Source: the human T2T-CHM13v2.0 reference genome, Homo sapiens. From it: DNA of 64,000 nucleotides. The translations under genes were made by a program, and so were the position numbers. How positions within the stretch are numbered: position 1 is the first letter of the stretch; every line of letters begins with the position of its first letter. Location: assembly GCF_009914755.1 (NCBI RefSeq), contig NC_060932.1; one strand, given 5' to 3'. Below are positions 1 to 14,885 of the stretch, in pieces. Under the pieces are notes generated by a model that had not been told where the DNA came from, ran no database searches, and worked only from the letters and a program-made list of their open reading frames with translations.

Positions 1-409
1 AAGATCTTATCTGTAACAAACAAACACATGCTCTCCTATCTCTTCATGAGCATGATGACAATGCTAACCTTCTGGCCTTCCCAACATACTTGAGTCATGC
101 TTTAATCTTACAGCAGAGTGTTCTACCTGTATATCCACAGAGTGACTTAGGAGAGAAATGACAAGTTGTACAACTCTGATCATGTCTCCTTTGATTGATG
201 ACAAATTTTCCACTGTCCTTACTAACAAATGAAGTTCAAATGTCTTGGCTTCACACTCAAGGTTCTCTACGAACTGGCCCCAATCGAATGTTTATTCTTT
301 CATTCATATCCATTGAATGAATGTTTGGTGAGATTTGGCTCTCTACTCCCACCTTATATACAACTTCTCCCCTTCACCCATTTCATGATGTAATGAAGTT
401 GAAATATTT

Positions 410-574
410 GGTGGCTCATGCCTGTAGTCCCAGCTCCTTGGGAGGCTGATGTGGGAGGATCACTTGAGGCCAGGAGTTTGGGGCTGCAGTGAGCTATGAT
501 TGCACCACTGCACTCCAGCCTGGGTGACAGAGAAAGACACAGTCTCTAAACAAATAAATAAAAATAAAATAAAA
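410..574 (+). mobile_element. Old Alu monomer (FRAM / AluJ right-arm-like)
   Basis: GTGGCTCATGCCTGTAGTCCCAGC...GAGCTATGATTGCACCACTGCACTCCAGCCTGGG followed by an A-rich tail. Single arm only. Confidence 0.85.
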
Positions 575-1396
575 TTGAAAATTTTATCTTTGTTTTCCTT
601 TCCTTTTGGCATGCCTTCACTTCCACTGTTTTCACTGCAATTTTCTGTAAATGTGGGAAGTGATACCCCTTCAAATCTTAGGACTACAAGACAGTGTTCG
701 TACAGCACCTAGCCTGCTGCCTGGCAGAATGTGCTCTTGATGAATGCTTGTTTTCCATTTTCTCTTTTCCTTTTCTTCATTCTCTTGGTGCTTCACCTGT
801 GGGGTCGTGGTAAAGTCACCTTCTAACAATCGCTTTAGTTTGATTTATTTATATATCACTTCCTTAGTGTCTGTTTCATAAAATTTTTTATTTTTTTACA
901 GGAGTAGCATTATGCCTTGAAGCTAGTAGATGCTTAATAAAAATGCCATATTACTCTTTTCTTACCAATACTTGGAAGTATAAGAATGTTTTATAAAGCT
1001 CTATGTTTTATAAATGTTTTATAAAGCTCTAAAAAATATTTATTGCCGGATTTTTAGATGCTTGAAAAAAAGAACAATTTGGATTTATTTACATTAAAAT
1101 TCAAAAATCACTGAGTTTTGCTCAAAGTTAGCTTTCACTTAGCCACTTTTCGAGAAAAATATAAATCATGTCCTGGTTATTGGAGTGACAAGAAATGGAG
1201 AGCACGCGCTGAAAGTGTGCTCAATGGAGTGGAGAGAATTGCAGTGGCAGGAGGTCCACCTGGCATCATTTGGCAGTTGACTAAATCATGGAAACTGGTG
1301 TAAGTGGCGTTTATCAAAATGGTTACCCAAGGAAAACAGTGAAGGTCATAGTTCTAAGCACTGTGCTGTCAATATCAATGCCTCCTTTATCCAGAA

Positions 1397-1573
1397 GCAG
1401 TGAAGTATGATGGGAAGAACCCAAAGAGAGTCAGAACAGGTTGGTTTCGTCCTGCTGCTGGTAGCTGTATAAACTTAGGCAAGTCTGAACACCTCTGAGA
1501 TTTGACTTTATTGAGCTGTATAATGAAGGATTTTGCCTAGTGAGCCATGTAATTTTCAGCTCAAATCTCTGAT
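1397..1573 (+). mobile_element. MIR/MIR3 remnant
   Basis: Degenerate core TAGCTGTATAAACTTAGGCAAGTC...ACCTCTGAG. Confidence 0.5.
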
Positions 1574-1711
1574 GCTCTGATTGTTCCTGCAAGACTAACT
1601 CTGCAAATAGGTAGACTCCCTATTTCCTTTTGCAGTATGCTTTTAAGAGAAGGCCTGAAGAAATCTCTAATCATTGCCCATTCCACATTGACCAAAATTG
1701 TCTGTCTAGAG

Positions 1712-1937
1712 CAGTTGTTCTCATTCAGGGGTATTTTTGCCTTCCAGAAGATATTTGTCAATGTCTGGACATTTTATGACTGTCACAGCTAGGGGGTGGG
1801 GGACAGAAATACTGGCATCTAATGGGGAGAGGCCAGAACTGTTGCTAACATCCTACAAGGCAAAAAACAGTATCCTTCTCCCCCACAAAAACTTGTTCAA
1901 CCAAAAATGTCAATAATGCCAAAATTAAGAATCTCTG
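1712..1937 (+). mobile_element. MER20 (hAT-Charlie MITE) with the L1 inserted in its right TIR
   Basis: CAGTTGTTCTCA...ATTTGTCAATGTCTGGA...TACTGGCATCTAATGGGGAGAGGCCAG...AAAATGTCAATAATGCC...ATTAAGAATCTCTG. hAT-type 8-bp TSD GTCTAGAG (1704-1711) and ATCTAGAC (8021-8028). Confidence 0.85.
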
Positions 1938-2841
1938 GGGAGGAGCCAAGATGGCCGAATAGGAACAGCTCTGGTCTACAGCTCCCAGCGTGAGCGACGC
2001 AGAAGACGGGTGATTTCTGCATTTCCATCTGAGGTACCGGGTTCATCTCACTAGGGAGTGCCAGACAGTGGGCGCAGGCCAGTGTGTGCGCGCACCGTGC
2101 GCGAGCCGAAGCAGGGCGAGGCATTGCCTCACCTGGGAAGCGCAAGGGGTCAGGGAGTTCCCTTTCCGAGTCAAAGAAAGGGGTGATGGACGCACCTGGA
2201 AAATTGGGTCACTCCCACCCGAATATTGCGCTTTTCAGACTGGCTTAAAAAACGGCGCACCACGAGACTATATCCCACACCTGGCTCAGAGGGTCCTACG
2301 CCCACGGAATCTCGCTGATTGCTAGCACAGCAGTCTGAGATCAAACTGCAAGGCGGCAACGAGGCTGGGGGAGGGGCGCCCACCATTGCCCAGGCTTGCT
2401 TAGGTAAACAAAGCAGCGGGGAAGCTCCAACTGGGTGGAGCCCACCACAGCTCAAGGAGGCCTGCCTGCCTCTGTAGGCTCCACCTCTGGGGGCAGGGCA
2501 CAGACAAACAAAAAGACAGCAGTAACCTCTGCAGACTTAAGTGTCCCTGTCTGACAGCTTTGAAGAGAGCAGTGGTTCTCCCAGCACGCAGCTGGAGATC
2601 TGAGAACGGGCAGACTGCCTCCTCAAGTGGGTCCCTGACCCCTGACCCCCGAGCAGCCTAACTGGGAGGCACCCCCCAGCAGGGGCACACTGACACCTCA
2701 CACGGCAGGGTATTCCAACAGACCTGCAGCTGAGGGTCCTGTCTGTTAGAAGGAAAACTAACAACCAGAAAGGACATCTACACCGAAAACCTATCTGTAC
2801 ATCACCATCATCAAAGACCAAAAGTAGATAAAACCACAAAG
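1938..2841. promoter_or_regulatory. L1 5'UTR with CpG-rich sense promoter and antisense promoter
   Basis: CpG-dense first ~450 bp and an intact YY1 site AAGATGGCC (1948-1956). The length fits young L1 5'UTRs that lack the 129-bp ZNF93-binding segment. The antisense promoter is established for primate L1 5'UTRs. Confidence 0.88.
2171..2386 (-). CDS. L1 ORF0 (71 aa, antisense in 5'UTR), intact
   Basis: ATG at 2386-2384 gives MVGAPPPASLPPCSLISDCCASNQRDSVGVGPSEPG...HPFL, 71 aa. Splice donors CAG|GTGTGG (2281/2280, nt 106 of the ORF) and CAG|GTGCGT (2196/2195, nt 191) are retained. Confidence 0.88.
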   Translation of the reverse strand: MVGAPPPASLPPCSLISDCCASNQRDSVGVGPSEPGVGYSLVVRRFLSQSEKRNIRVGVTQFSRCVHHPFL

Positions 2842-3858
2842 ATGGGGAAAAAACAGAACAGAAAAACTGGAAACTCTAAAACGCAGAGCGCCTCTCCTCC
2901 TCCAAAGGAACGCAGTTCCTCACCAGCAATGGAACAAAGCTGGATGGAGAATGATTTTCACGAGCTGAGAGAAGAAGGCTTCAGACGATCAAATTACTCT
3001 GAACTACGGGAGGACATTCAAACCAAAGGCAAAGAAGTTGGAAACTTTGAAAAAAATTTAGAAGAATGTATAACTAGAATAACCAATACAGAGAAGTGCT
3101 TAAAGGAGCTGATGGAGCTGAAAACCAAGGCTCGAGAACTACGTGAAGAATGCAGAAGCCTCAGGAGCCGATGCGATCAACTGGAAGAAAGGGTATCAGC
3201 AATGGAAGATGAAATGAATGAAATGAAGCGAGAAGGGAAGTTTAGAGAAAAAAGAATAAAAAGAAATGAGCAAAGCCTCCAAGAAATATGGGACTATGTG
3301 AAAAGACCAAATCTACGTCTGATTGGTGTACCTGAAAGTGATGTGGAGAATGGAACCAAGTTGGAAAACACTCTGCAGGATATTATCCAGGAGAACTTCC
3401 CCAATCTAGCAAGGCAGGCCAACGTTCAGATTCAGGAAATACAGAGAACGCCACAAAGATACTCCTCGAGAAGAGCAACTCCAAGACACATAATTGTCAG
3501 ATTCACCAAAGTTGAAATGAAGGAAAAAATGTTAAGGGCAGCCAGAGAGAAAGGTCGGGTTACCCTCAAAGGAAAGCCCATCAGACTAACAGCGGATCTC
3601 TCGGCAGAAACCCTACAAGCCAGAAGAGAGTGGGGGCCAATATTCAACATTCTTAAAGAAAAGGATTTTCAACCCAGAATTTCATATCCAGCCAAACTAA
3701 GCTTCATAAGTGAAGGAGAAATAAAATACTTTATAGACAAGCAAATGCTGAGAGATTTTGTCACCACCAGGCCTGCCCTAAAAGAGCTCCTGAAGGAAGC
3801 GCTAAACATGGAAAGGAACAACCGGTACCAGCCGCTGCAAAATCATGCCAAAATGTAA
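2842..3858 (+). CDS. L1 ORF1p (338 aa RNA-binding chaperone), intact
   Basis: Full-length MGKKQNRK...NHAKM. Coiled coil and the REKG, ARR and YPAKLS motifs are present. Confidence 0.97.
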   Translation: MGKKQNRKTGNSKTQSASPPPKERSSSPAMEQSWMENDFHELREEGFRRSNYSELREDIQTKGKEVGNFEKNLEECITRITNTEKCLKELMELKTKARELREECRSLRSRCDQLEERVSAMEDEMNEMKREGKFREKRIKRNEQSLQEIWDYVKRPNLRLIGVPESDVENGTKLENTLQDIIQENFPNLARQANVQIQEIQRTPQRYSSRRATPRHIIVRFTKVEMKEKMLRAAREKGRVTLKGKPIRLTADLSAETLQARREWGPIFNILKEKDFQPRISYPAKLSFISEGEIKYFIDKQMLRDFVTTRPALKELLKEALNMERNNRYQPLQNHAKM

Positions 3859-3921
3859 AGACCATCGAGACTAGGAAGAAACTGCATCAACTAATGAGCA
3901 AAATCACCAGCTAACATCATA

Positions 3922-7749
<3,828 letters not shown>

Positions 7750-7792
7750 ACAATGAGATCACATGGACACAGGAAGGGGAATATCACACTCT

Positions 7793-7826
7793 GGGGACTG
7801 TGGTGGGGTCGGGGGAGGGGGGAGGG
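7793..7826 (+). other. G-rich, G-quadruplex-capable tract of the L1 3'UTR
   Basis: GGGGACTGTGGTGGGGTCGGGGGAGGGGGGAGGG has at least four G-runs. Confidence 0.8.
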
Positions 7827-9879
7827 ATAGCATTGGGAGATATACCTAATGCTAGATGACACGTTAGTGGGTGCAGTGCACCACCATGGCACATGTATAC
7901 ATATGTAACTAACCTGCACAATGTGCACATGTACCCTAAAACTTAAAGTATAATAAAAAAAAAAACATTAAAAAAAAAAAAAAAAGAAAAAAAAGAAGAA
8001 AAAAAAAAAAAGAATCTCTGATCTAGACAGTAAGCTAGGTAATAACTACTCTGTGAGGAGTTACTTCTTCAGCACCTATCATAGTTCTGGGAACAGAGGT
8101 AGAGCTCAATATATACTTGTTAGAACTAAGAAAAAAATTATATATATTTAAAGTATCTGATATTCCCAGTTTATTAATTATTCCCTTGAGATAAGATTGT
8201 GAAGATTCCTGTAAATATGCATCTATGACTCATGGATAGGTGACAGACAGGCTGATTGATCACATTAAGTGTCCAGTCATTTTTTAGGACCTATCTTGCC
8301 TTATGTGGAGACACGGAGTTAAGAAAGGAAACACAGAGAACCAGGAGGTACTGTTCATCAGAGGGCTGCGTCATGAAGTATGTCAAAAGGAAAATTCAGC
8401 CTGGAAGCTGAAGCTCTTGCACCATCTCTTGAACAAGTGCAAGCTATATTTCATTCATTAAAAGTTGTTTCTGCTTTAAGCAAAGTAAAATGGCTGTTTT
8501 TGAAACTTGATTACTGATCTATTGACATTAAGAATGTAGTAAGAATCAAGTTACATAAAAATCCATAAACAAGTTCAAATAAATATCCAGTTCATATTCC
8601 AACCTAGATAGGAACGAATCGGATCCAAATGTCAAAAACAGTTCTTTAAGACACAGATCTATATGACAATTTGCCAAAATCCACATGGTTAACTATGAAA
8701 TGTTATACTCCACCAGAAATATTAGAATACATTTGGTGTTAAGGCCCATATAAGTTAAGTGACTTACCAGGATCTTTCAGCTACACTTTCAGTATTTCTA
8801 ATAACCCCAAAATGAACGTTAATTTTACTACACAATAAGCATTCTTTCCCTAACTAGATTCCTAGAGGCAGAAATAAGAAAGAAAAAGAAAAAAATCTCA
8901 AACTCTTCTCTGCCCTTCCCTACAAATTTTGTAAATACTTATGCAAACTATTTGCCAATCAACCAGATCTTACTAAAACCCACTAACCTGAAATTTTTAT
9001 AATTGTTTTTCATTATTAAAGTACTTCCTAAATAGCTGTTGGACTCAAAATCTCTGAAAGAGGTCGTTTTTAGTTATCAAAGTCATTTTCACTACATATA
9101 TTTTTATCTTAATGTTTATACTTCAAAAGCATAAGTACAATCAACCACAGAGCTTTTATGATGATGATGTTCTATTACCTACGGACTCCTAGATTTTATC
9201 ATTTTAAGGACTATGATCAGGTACCCAGGGGTGGGAAGAATTGTGTATTACTATCTTGGTCCCTAATTTTCCCTCTTTGTTGGATCATAGAATGCCGTGG
9301 CCTGACAATAGCTAAGGCATTTGAGCTGAGAACAATAGCTGTTCTTAGTTTAGGATCTTCCTAAATGAAGGTGCTATATAAATGTAAGTTAACGATGGGT
9401 TACTTCATGTGGCTGATAAGCCAGCCAGTATCCCTGGTGCCTCAATCATATCTGTATACTTTCTTGGAATTCTCCTAACTGTGTGCTTTATGAATTTTAC
9501 AGCTCCAGGATTGAAGTTTAGGAGGAAGGGACAGGAGAAGAAGGCAAAGATAAGACGTAACGTATATTTTAATCATGATAAGTTAGAATATTTGCACAGT
9601 TAGTGTTTGCGTGTATATATTGAAATGTGCATGCGTGTGTATACACACATATGCATACCTAACTCCTCCACCTGCTTCTATGGAATCCCTGCTATATTAA
9701 AATATGAACTGTGACCTTTCCTATAGCCTTTAATTTTTAAATGACTTTTTAATTTATTATAGATAGGTGTTACACACACACAAACACACACATATATATG
9801 TGTATATACATATATATAAAAAACACCAGATATATATGTGTTATTCAACAATACTAAGGGCATGCCTTCTTCTCTCTTC

Positions 9880-10720
9880 TAGATGTGTGGAACACAGCAG
9901 GATTAGGCAGCCAAGACCACCACCTCTCACGGTGCTTCTAGTCTAGCAGTGGGAGGTGGCCAATCAACTACTTGAATAAACTAGATGATTTCAGGAAGTA
10001 ACAATGCTCCAAGTGGCTGATATTTATTCACTTCTTCCTCATTACATGCACTTTCCAGTGACAACTCATTTTATAAAACAGGGTGATGTAATGAGGGGTG
10101 AGCGGCAGGGCAGGAGCAAGGTGCCACTTACGGCTAGAGTTTCCGAGCAGTGACATTTGAGCTGAGACCTGAATGTGAAGATCTGGGGCAAGCGTGTTCC
10201 CAATAGAGGGATGGCTAAGCGCAAAGGTCATCCGGTGGGAGGTGGGAGACAGAAAACCAGTGTGACTAGCTCGGTGAGGGGCAGAATAGTGTGAATTGAG
10301 GTCAGGGATCTTGGCAGAGCCTGAATATCATATGAAGAAACGGATTTTTTTTTCTCCTTTTATCCTAGGTACAATGAGGAGTCACTGAAGGGTGGTCAAT
10401 CTAATTAATATATGCTAAAAAGGTCACACTGACTCTTGTGTGGAGAATGTATCATGGAGGAACAGGAGTCAGGAGGCGAGGCCAGTTAGGATCACTGCTA
10501 TAATCCACAAAGAAGATGGTGCTTTGGATCATGGTGGCAGTGGTGAAGAAGGAAGCGATGAGGGCAGATTTCAAAATGTATTTTGGAGGCATTTCTGTGG
10601 AGACTTGCTCAGTTTGGGTAAGAAAATAACTGGGTGTCTGGAGTGACAGAAATAAGATGAACGAAGGATGAATCCCAGGTTTTTGGGCCAAGCATTTGGG
10701 AGGGACAATGGTTCCTTTCA
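9880..10720 (-). mobile_element. LINE-2 remnant(s)
   Basis: L2-like motifs such as GTGACATTTGAGCTGAGACCTGAA and GAGGCCAGTTAGGATCACTGCTATAATCCA. Boundaries are approximate. Confidence 0.6.
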
Positions 10721-11029
10721 CATAATACTCACTCAGTGAAACTTCCTCACTCCAAAAACGTCTTCTTCCCCACTTCTCCCTGTCATTCATTAATCAAACC
10801 TTTTTTCATTTTTAAGATCCTTAAGAACACTATCTCCATTAATTAGGTAGCTTTTCCTGATTCCTTACATCATTTTATAACTTAAAGGGAGAGTGATGCT
10901 TTAAACTGTTGCATGATTTTCTGAATACATACCTCATTTGTTTTGCTAGACACTGGAGGGCAGGAACTATTTCCATATTAATTTTTGTACTCCTGCTATC
11001 ACCAAGCATAATGTCTCACACATAGCTTA

Positions 11030-11135
11030 CCAGGACCTGGGTTCCGGGTCCCTCAAGACAGTCCCAGTTGTAGGCCTAATTATTACTAGTTACCTGCTTG
11101 ACTCTCACAGCTGTGTTGGTTGGAATGATACACTA
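11030..11135. mobile_element. MER94-like hAT MITE remnant
   Basis: GACAGTCCCAGTT...TAATTATTACTAG...ACTCTCA...TTGGAATGATA resembles the recalled MER94 consensus. Confidence 0.4.
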
Positions 11136-14100
11136 CTACATAGAGTAGACACCCAACGGCCTAGCTATTCTAAGTCCTGTGTGCATGAATGCATATGAAT
11201 GCAACACAAAGAGAAGAACTGGGGTTCAGTTTGGGAATCAACTTTCATATCAATTTTGGAAACTTTTATATTCCATGAAGCTCTAAGGTAAGAATCTTCT
11301 GATAAGAGAATCTTCTGATAAAGAACCCAGTCAAAAAGTTAAGGCTGCTAGTACTACAGTAATTTCGGCTGTGTTCACAAATAGAAAATGATATGCAGAA
11401 TAATGAGTTGCAGATATTCAAAGATTTTCATGCATCAAACATCTTGCTATTTTAGGTAAAAATGCATTTTTAGTATTCAGGTAAACACCTTAATTTTCCA
11501 ATGACATGTGAAGGTGCAGAAGACGTAAGAAGGAGAGATTTTCAAATTGTACAGTATATACAGAGTTGTCCTCACCATCCCCTCTCTCCATACATACTAA
11601 GCAGAAGTAGGGAGGGAAATCCCTGGACACCATCTGCAGGATATTGTCACAAATACTCACTCGAAGATTCTCAAAGCCAAGAACCCATAACCAGATCTAT
11701 TCCTTGTCAAAACATTTGTTTGCTCTCTTGTGGACATAACCCTAATCACTTTCTCATCTCACACATTTTATGCCTGAATGGCATCTTCTTCATAACTTAG
11801 ACCAAGAGCCCTTCAGGCATGATTCTTCCTTCCCCTGTGGAGGGCAGTCCTGTGTTCATGGAAGTGCTTATCCAATAAACCGTAATAGGGGAGAATCTAC
11901 TATTTTATGCATCATAAAGTTGTCATCAAGGTGCCTGAGGAAACTCTTGTGATCCACGATTCAGAGTTATGTGCATTTGTCTCCCGATAGGTGTTTGATA
12001 TTTTCTCATTAGTAATGTATTTTTCTCAACATTTTGATAGATTGCCCAGGGAGATTTATTCCTATTTTCCTCTTTCTCTGGCCTCTTCAGGAATATGTGT
12101 ATTATAGTCATTTCTTTTTGGCTTACTTGGCCTGTGTTTTTTGGAATAGTTTCACATTTTTCATTTTATCTTTTTCACACAATCATTAGAGAACAATGCG
12201 AGAGAATGTGGGGTGGAGTTTGACTCCTCCTCTTCCTCACTGCAGCGCTCCCTACTTTCCAGAAGCAGCCCCAGATGGCACATGGAGATGCACCTCGTGC
12301 ACAGCCACAGCCCCCAACCCTCGGCCTGCCTGCACCTCTCACCATTCACGCCACAGCTTCTATGGCAAGTTAGAGGAGAACTTATGGGTTTAACCCAAAT
12401 CCTACACTTAGTAATCCTGTTTTATAAACCTCAGAAAATTTGAGTTTTTTAATTTAAAAAGGCCAAAATGTTAACTGAATGTGGATAAAAAGCATTACTT
12501 TGCAAATCATGTCAGTTACAGTATAAAAATTGCATTGTTTTTATGAAAACTCACATGAGAATAAAGAAATTACAATAGTACATTCAAGAGAATTAAGCAT
12601 TCATCGCGCAGTTAGCTCTTCTCCAGTTGCCCAAGATGCCAAAAGGAAAGAAGACCACAGGGAAGGACGGGGTCCCATCCCCTGCTGTTGTGATAAAGCA
12701 GGAGGCCAAGGAAGTGGAGAATCTATAACCTGCTATTCACAAGCATCTATGACAATTGCCTTACGTGGACTATCTCATTTAATCCACACCACAAGAGGAA
12801 GAAAGTATACGATAACAACCTTTCTCCATTTCACATATGAGGCGGCAGCTAAAGTACCCTGTGCCTGCTTCTGCACCTAGGACGAGCCCATCTTTCTAAT
12901 CACTGCATGGTAATTGGAACAATGGACACCATGATGTTAGATTTGGGATTCTCTGCCCTCAGACACATCTGATTTCAATATTCTTTCCATTATACCAATA
13001 AAAAATACCCCTGGTTTTTAAACACATCTGCATTTTTATTCCATCTTTTAAAGTATACTGCGCTCTGAGAAACAGCCCTTTGTCGTACCATTTTTAAGGG
13101 ACTATGTTTCTATAGCTTTCTGCCACCTGAGGCTGTGCTGCCACTTTACCATGCACTGACTATTCTGAATATGTGCCCCTTCCCCTTTGCAGTGGAGACT
13201 AGCTGTGTATGCATAAGAGGGTCTTGGTCCACTGAGCTACCCTGGTAAATCCATCCCGGACTAAACTCTCTTCTGGAGACTTTATGCAGTCAGTTGAGTG
13301 CCTGGGCTGAGCTGGATTGTGAATTACCATGAAAACCTCACAAAGTGCTCACATGCTTGGACCCTATAGCTCATCTTCTGAGATATCAAAGTATGACTTT
13401 TGCCCAGCACAGAGAGTGGCTTCCCAGCGAGTTTTTGGCCTCATGAGGGGATCTCCACAACCCTATCCCCAGAGGCTGGGACATTCCCTAGGCTGGGTGA
13501 GAGGAAGATGGCTGGTTTCATGATGGCCTCATGATCCTCTGTGGACCAGTCTTCTGGTCCTCACTCTGGGGTTTATCAAGAAGGCCCTGAGCCCATGGGG
13601 GGACATGAGTATGCTGCTCCCTTGGGACTTGGCCTATCAAGATGCTTTTGTGATCCCAGCCACGTCAATTTATCATTCTTGAACGGGAATGAAGAAAAGT
13701 TGGCTGAGTTTATTTACCACTCTATGTTAATTTCTTTGGCTTTTGTGAAGGCACTGCATATAGAATATGCAGTTTTGAGAGGGGACAAACTGATATAAAC
13801 ACATTAGAAAAAGTAGCAGGAATTTAATAAAGAGAGGTAAACATTTCTAGCTAATTTTAGACCTACTATTCTTGGCAAGCTGCCTAGAATTTTTCCTCCT
13901 TTTATTTATAAAATGATTTAAATGTCTTCATACATTTATAAGCTAAATTTTTTATACTGTCGATGGAGAGAAAAGAATACCTTGAGGTTGGCCAATAATG
14001 GGAATGTGGTAAATGGCGGAGACCCCAACTCCTGGTCTTCAGTTAGAGCTGCAGAACCCTTGTCTGTTGTACAGCCTGTTGCTACCTGAGGCGCTAACGC

Positions 14101-14249
14101 TGTCTTCCTTGCAGAAGACTGGTATAATTTAAATTACTGGGTTTTTGACAAAGAGCTGACATTTTTCATTAGCTGGAAAGCTAATGTCTTTAACAAGTGA
14201 CTTGAGAATGGACCTACAACTTTAGGTACTAAAAATGCTAATCCTGTAT

Positions 14250-14390
14250 CCAGCTTAATCCCCACAACCATATGGTGATGTAAATATGATCATTGTCACA
14301 CCTTTTTTTTTTTTTCTTTTATAGCTAAGGAAACAGGCTCAGAGAAATCAACTGATTTGTCAAAGTCACCCAGCCAGGATTTCAAGCCCA
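14250..14390 (-). mobile_element. MIR remnant
   Basis: TTAATCCCCACAACC...AAGGAAACAGGCTCAGAGA...GATTTGTCAAAGTCACCCAGC. Confidence 0.6.
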
Positions 14391-14739
14391 TCCTTCTTTC
14401 ATTGAAATGTAGGATCTCTCGTTTTCTCTACTCATTCTCTTTTATTATTTCAGCAATGTAAAAATAATATGAGTTTATTCTGATTTTTTAAAGAAGAGGG
14501 CAGAACTGTGAATGCTGGCTTTACACTGTCAGCTTGAGTCATCACGGTGCCGAGTTCATCAGGAGAGAGACTGAGAGACAGAGAGAGGACAAAAGGCTCA
14601 ATTGAGGTTTCCAATGCAAATTTACCAAGCCTCTACCAAGTGTAAAAGCACGGCTCCCAGCCTCACCAGAAATGTAGAGGAGATCTGCACCCCAGCCTGC
14701 CTAGTTCACCACCTGCCAGCTGTCCATCCCTGTGCTCTG

Positions 14740-14885
14740 CATCTTTGTCCCATGGTCCTTCTGCGTAAGATGAGAATCGCACCTCCCACCTCCTGGTGTG
14801 ATCGTGGGGATGAAGAAGAAAACTGTGTGTAAAACACCTAGCCCAGGACTTGGCAAGAGTCGGAGCCCAATAAATGTCAGTTGAT
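14740..14885 (+). mobile_element. MIR remnant
   Basis: CTGCGTAAGATGAGAATCGCACCTCCCACCTC...TGTAAAACACCTAGC...CAATAAATGTCAG. Confidence 0.55.

Noticed and set aside
986-1030. Short ATGTTTTATAA(AGCTCT) triplication, also GTCCAGGC 12-mer x3 at 35118-35153
   Set aside because: Ordinary micro-duplications with no evidence of function.
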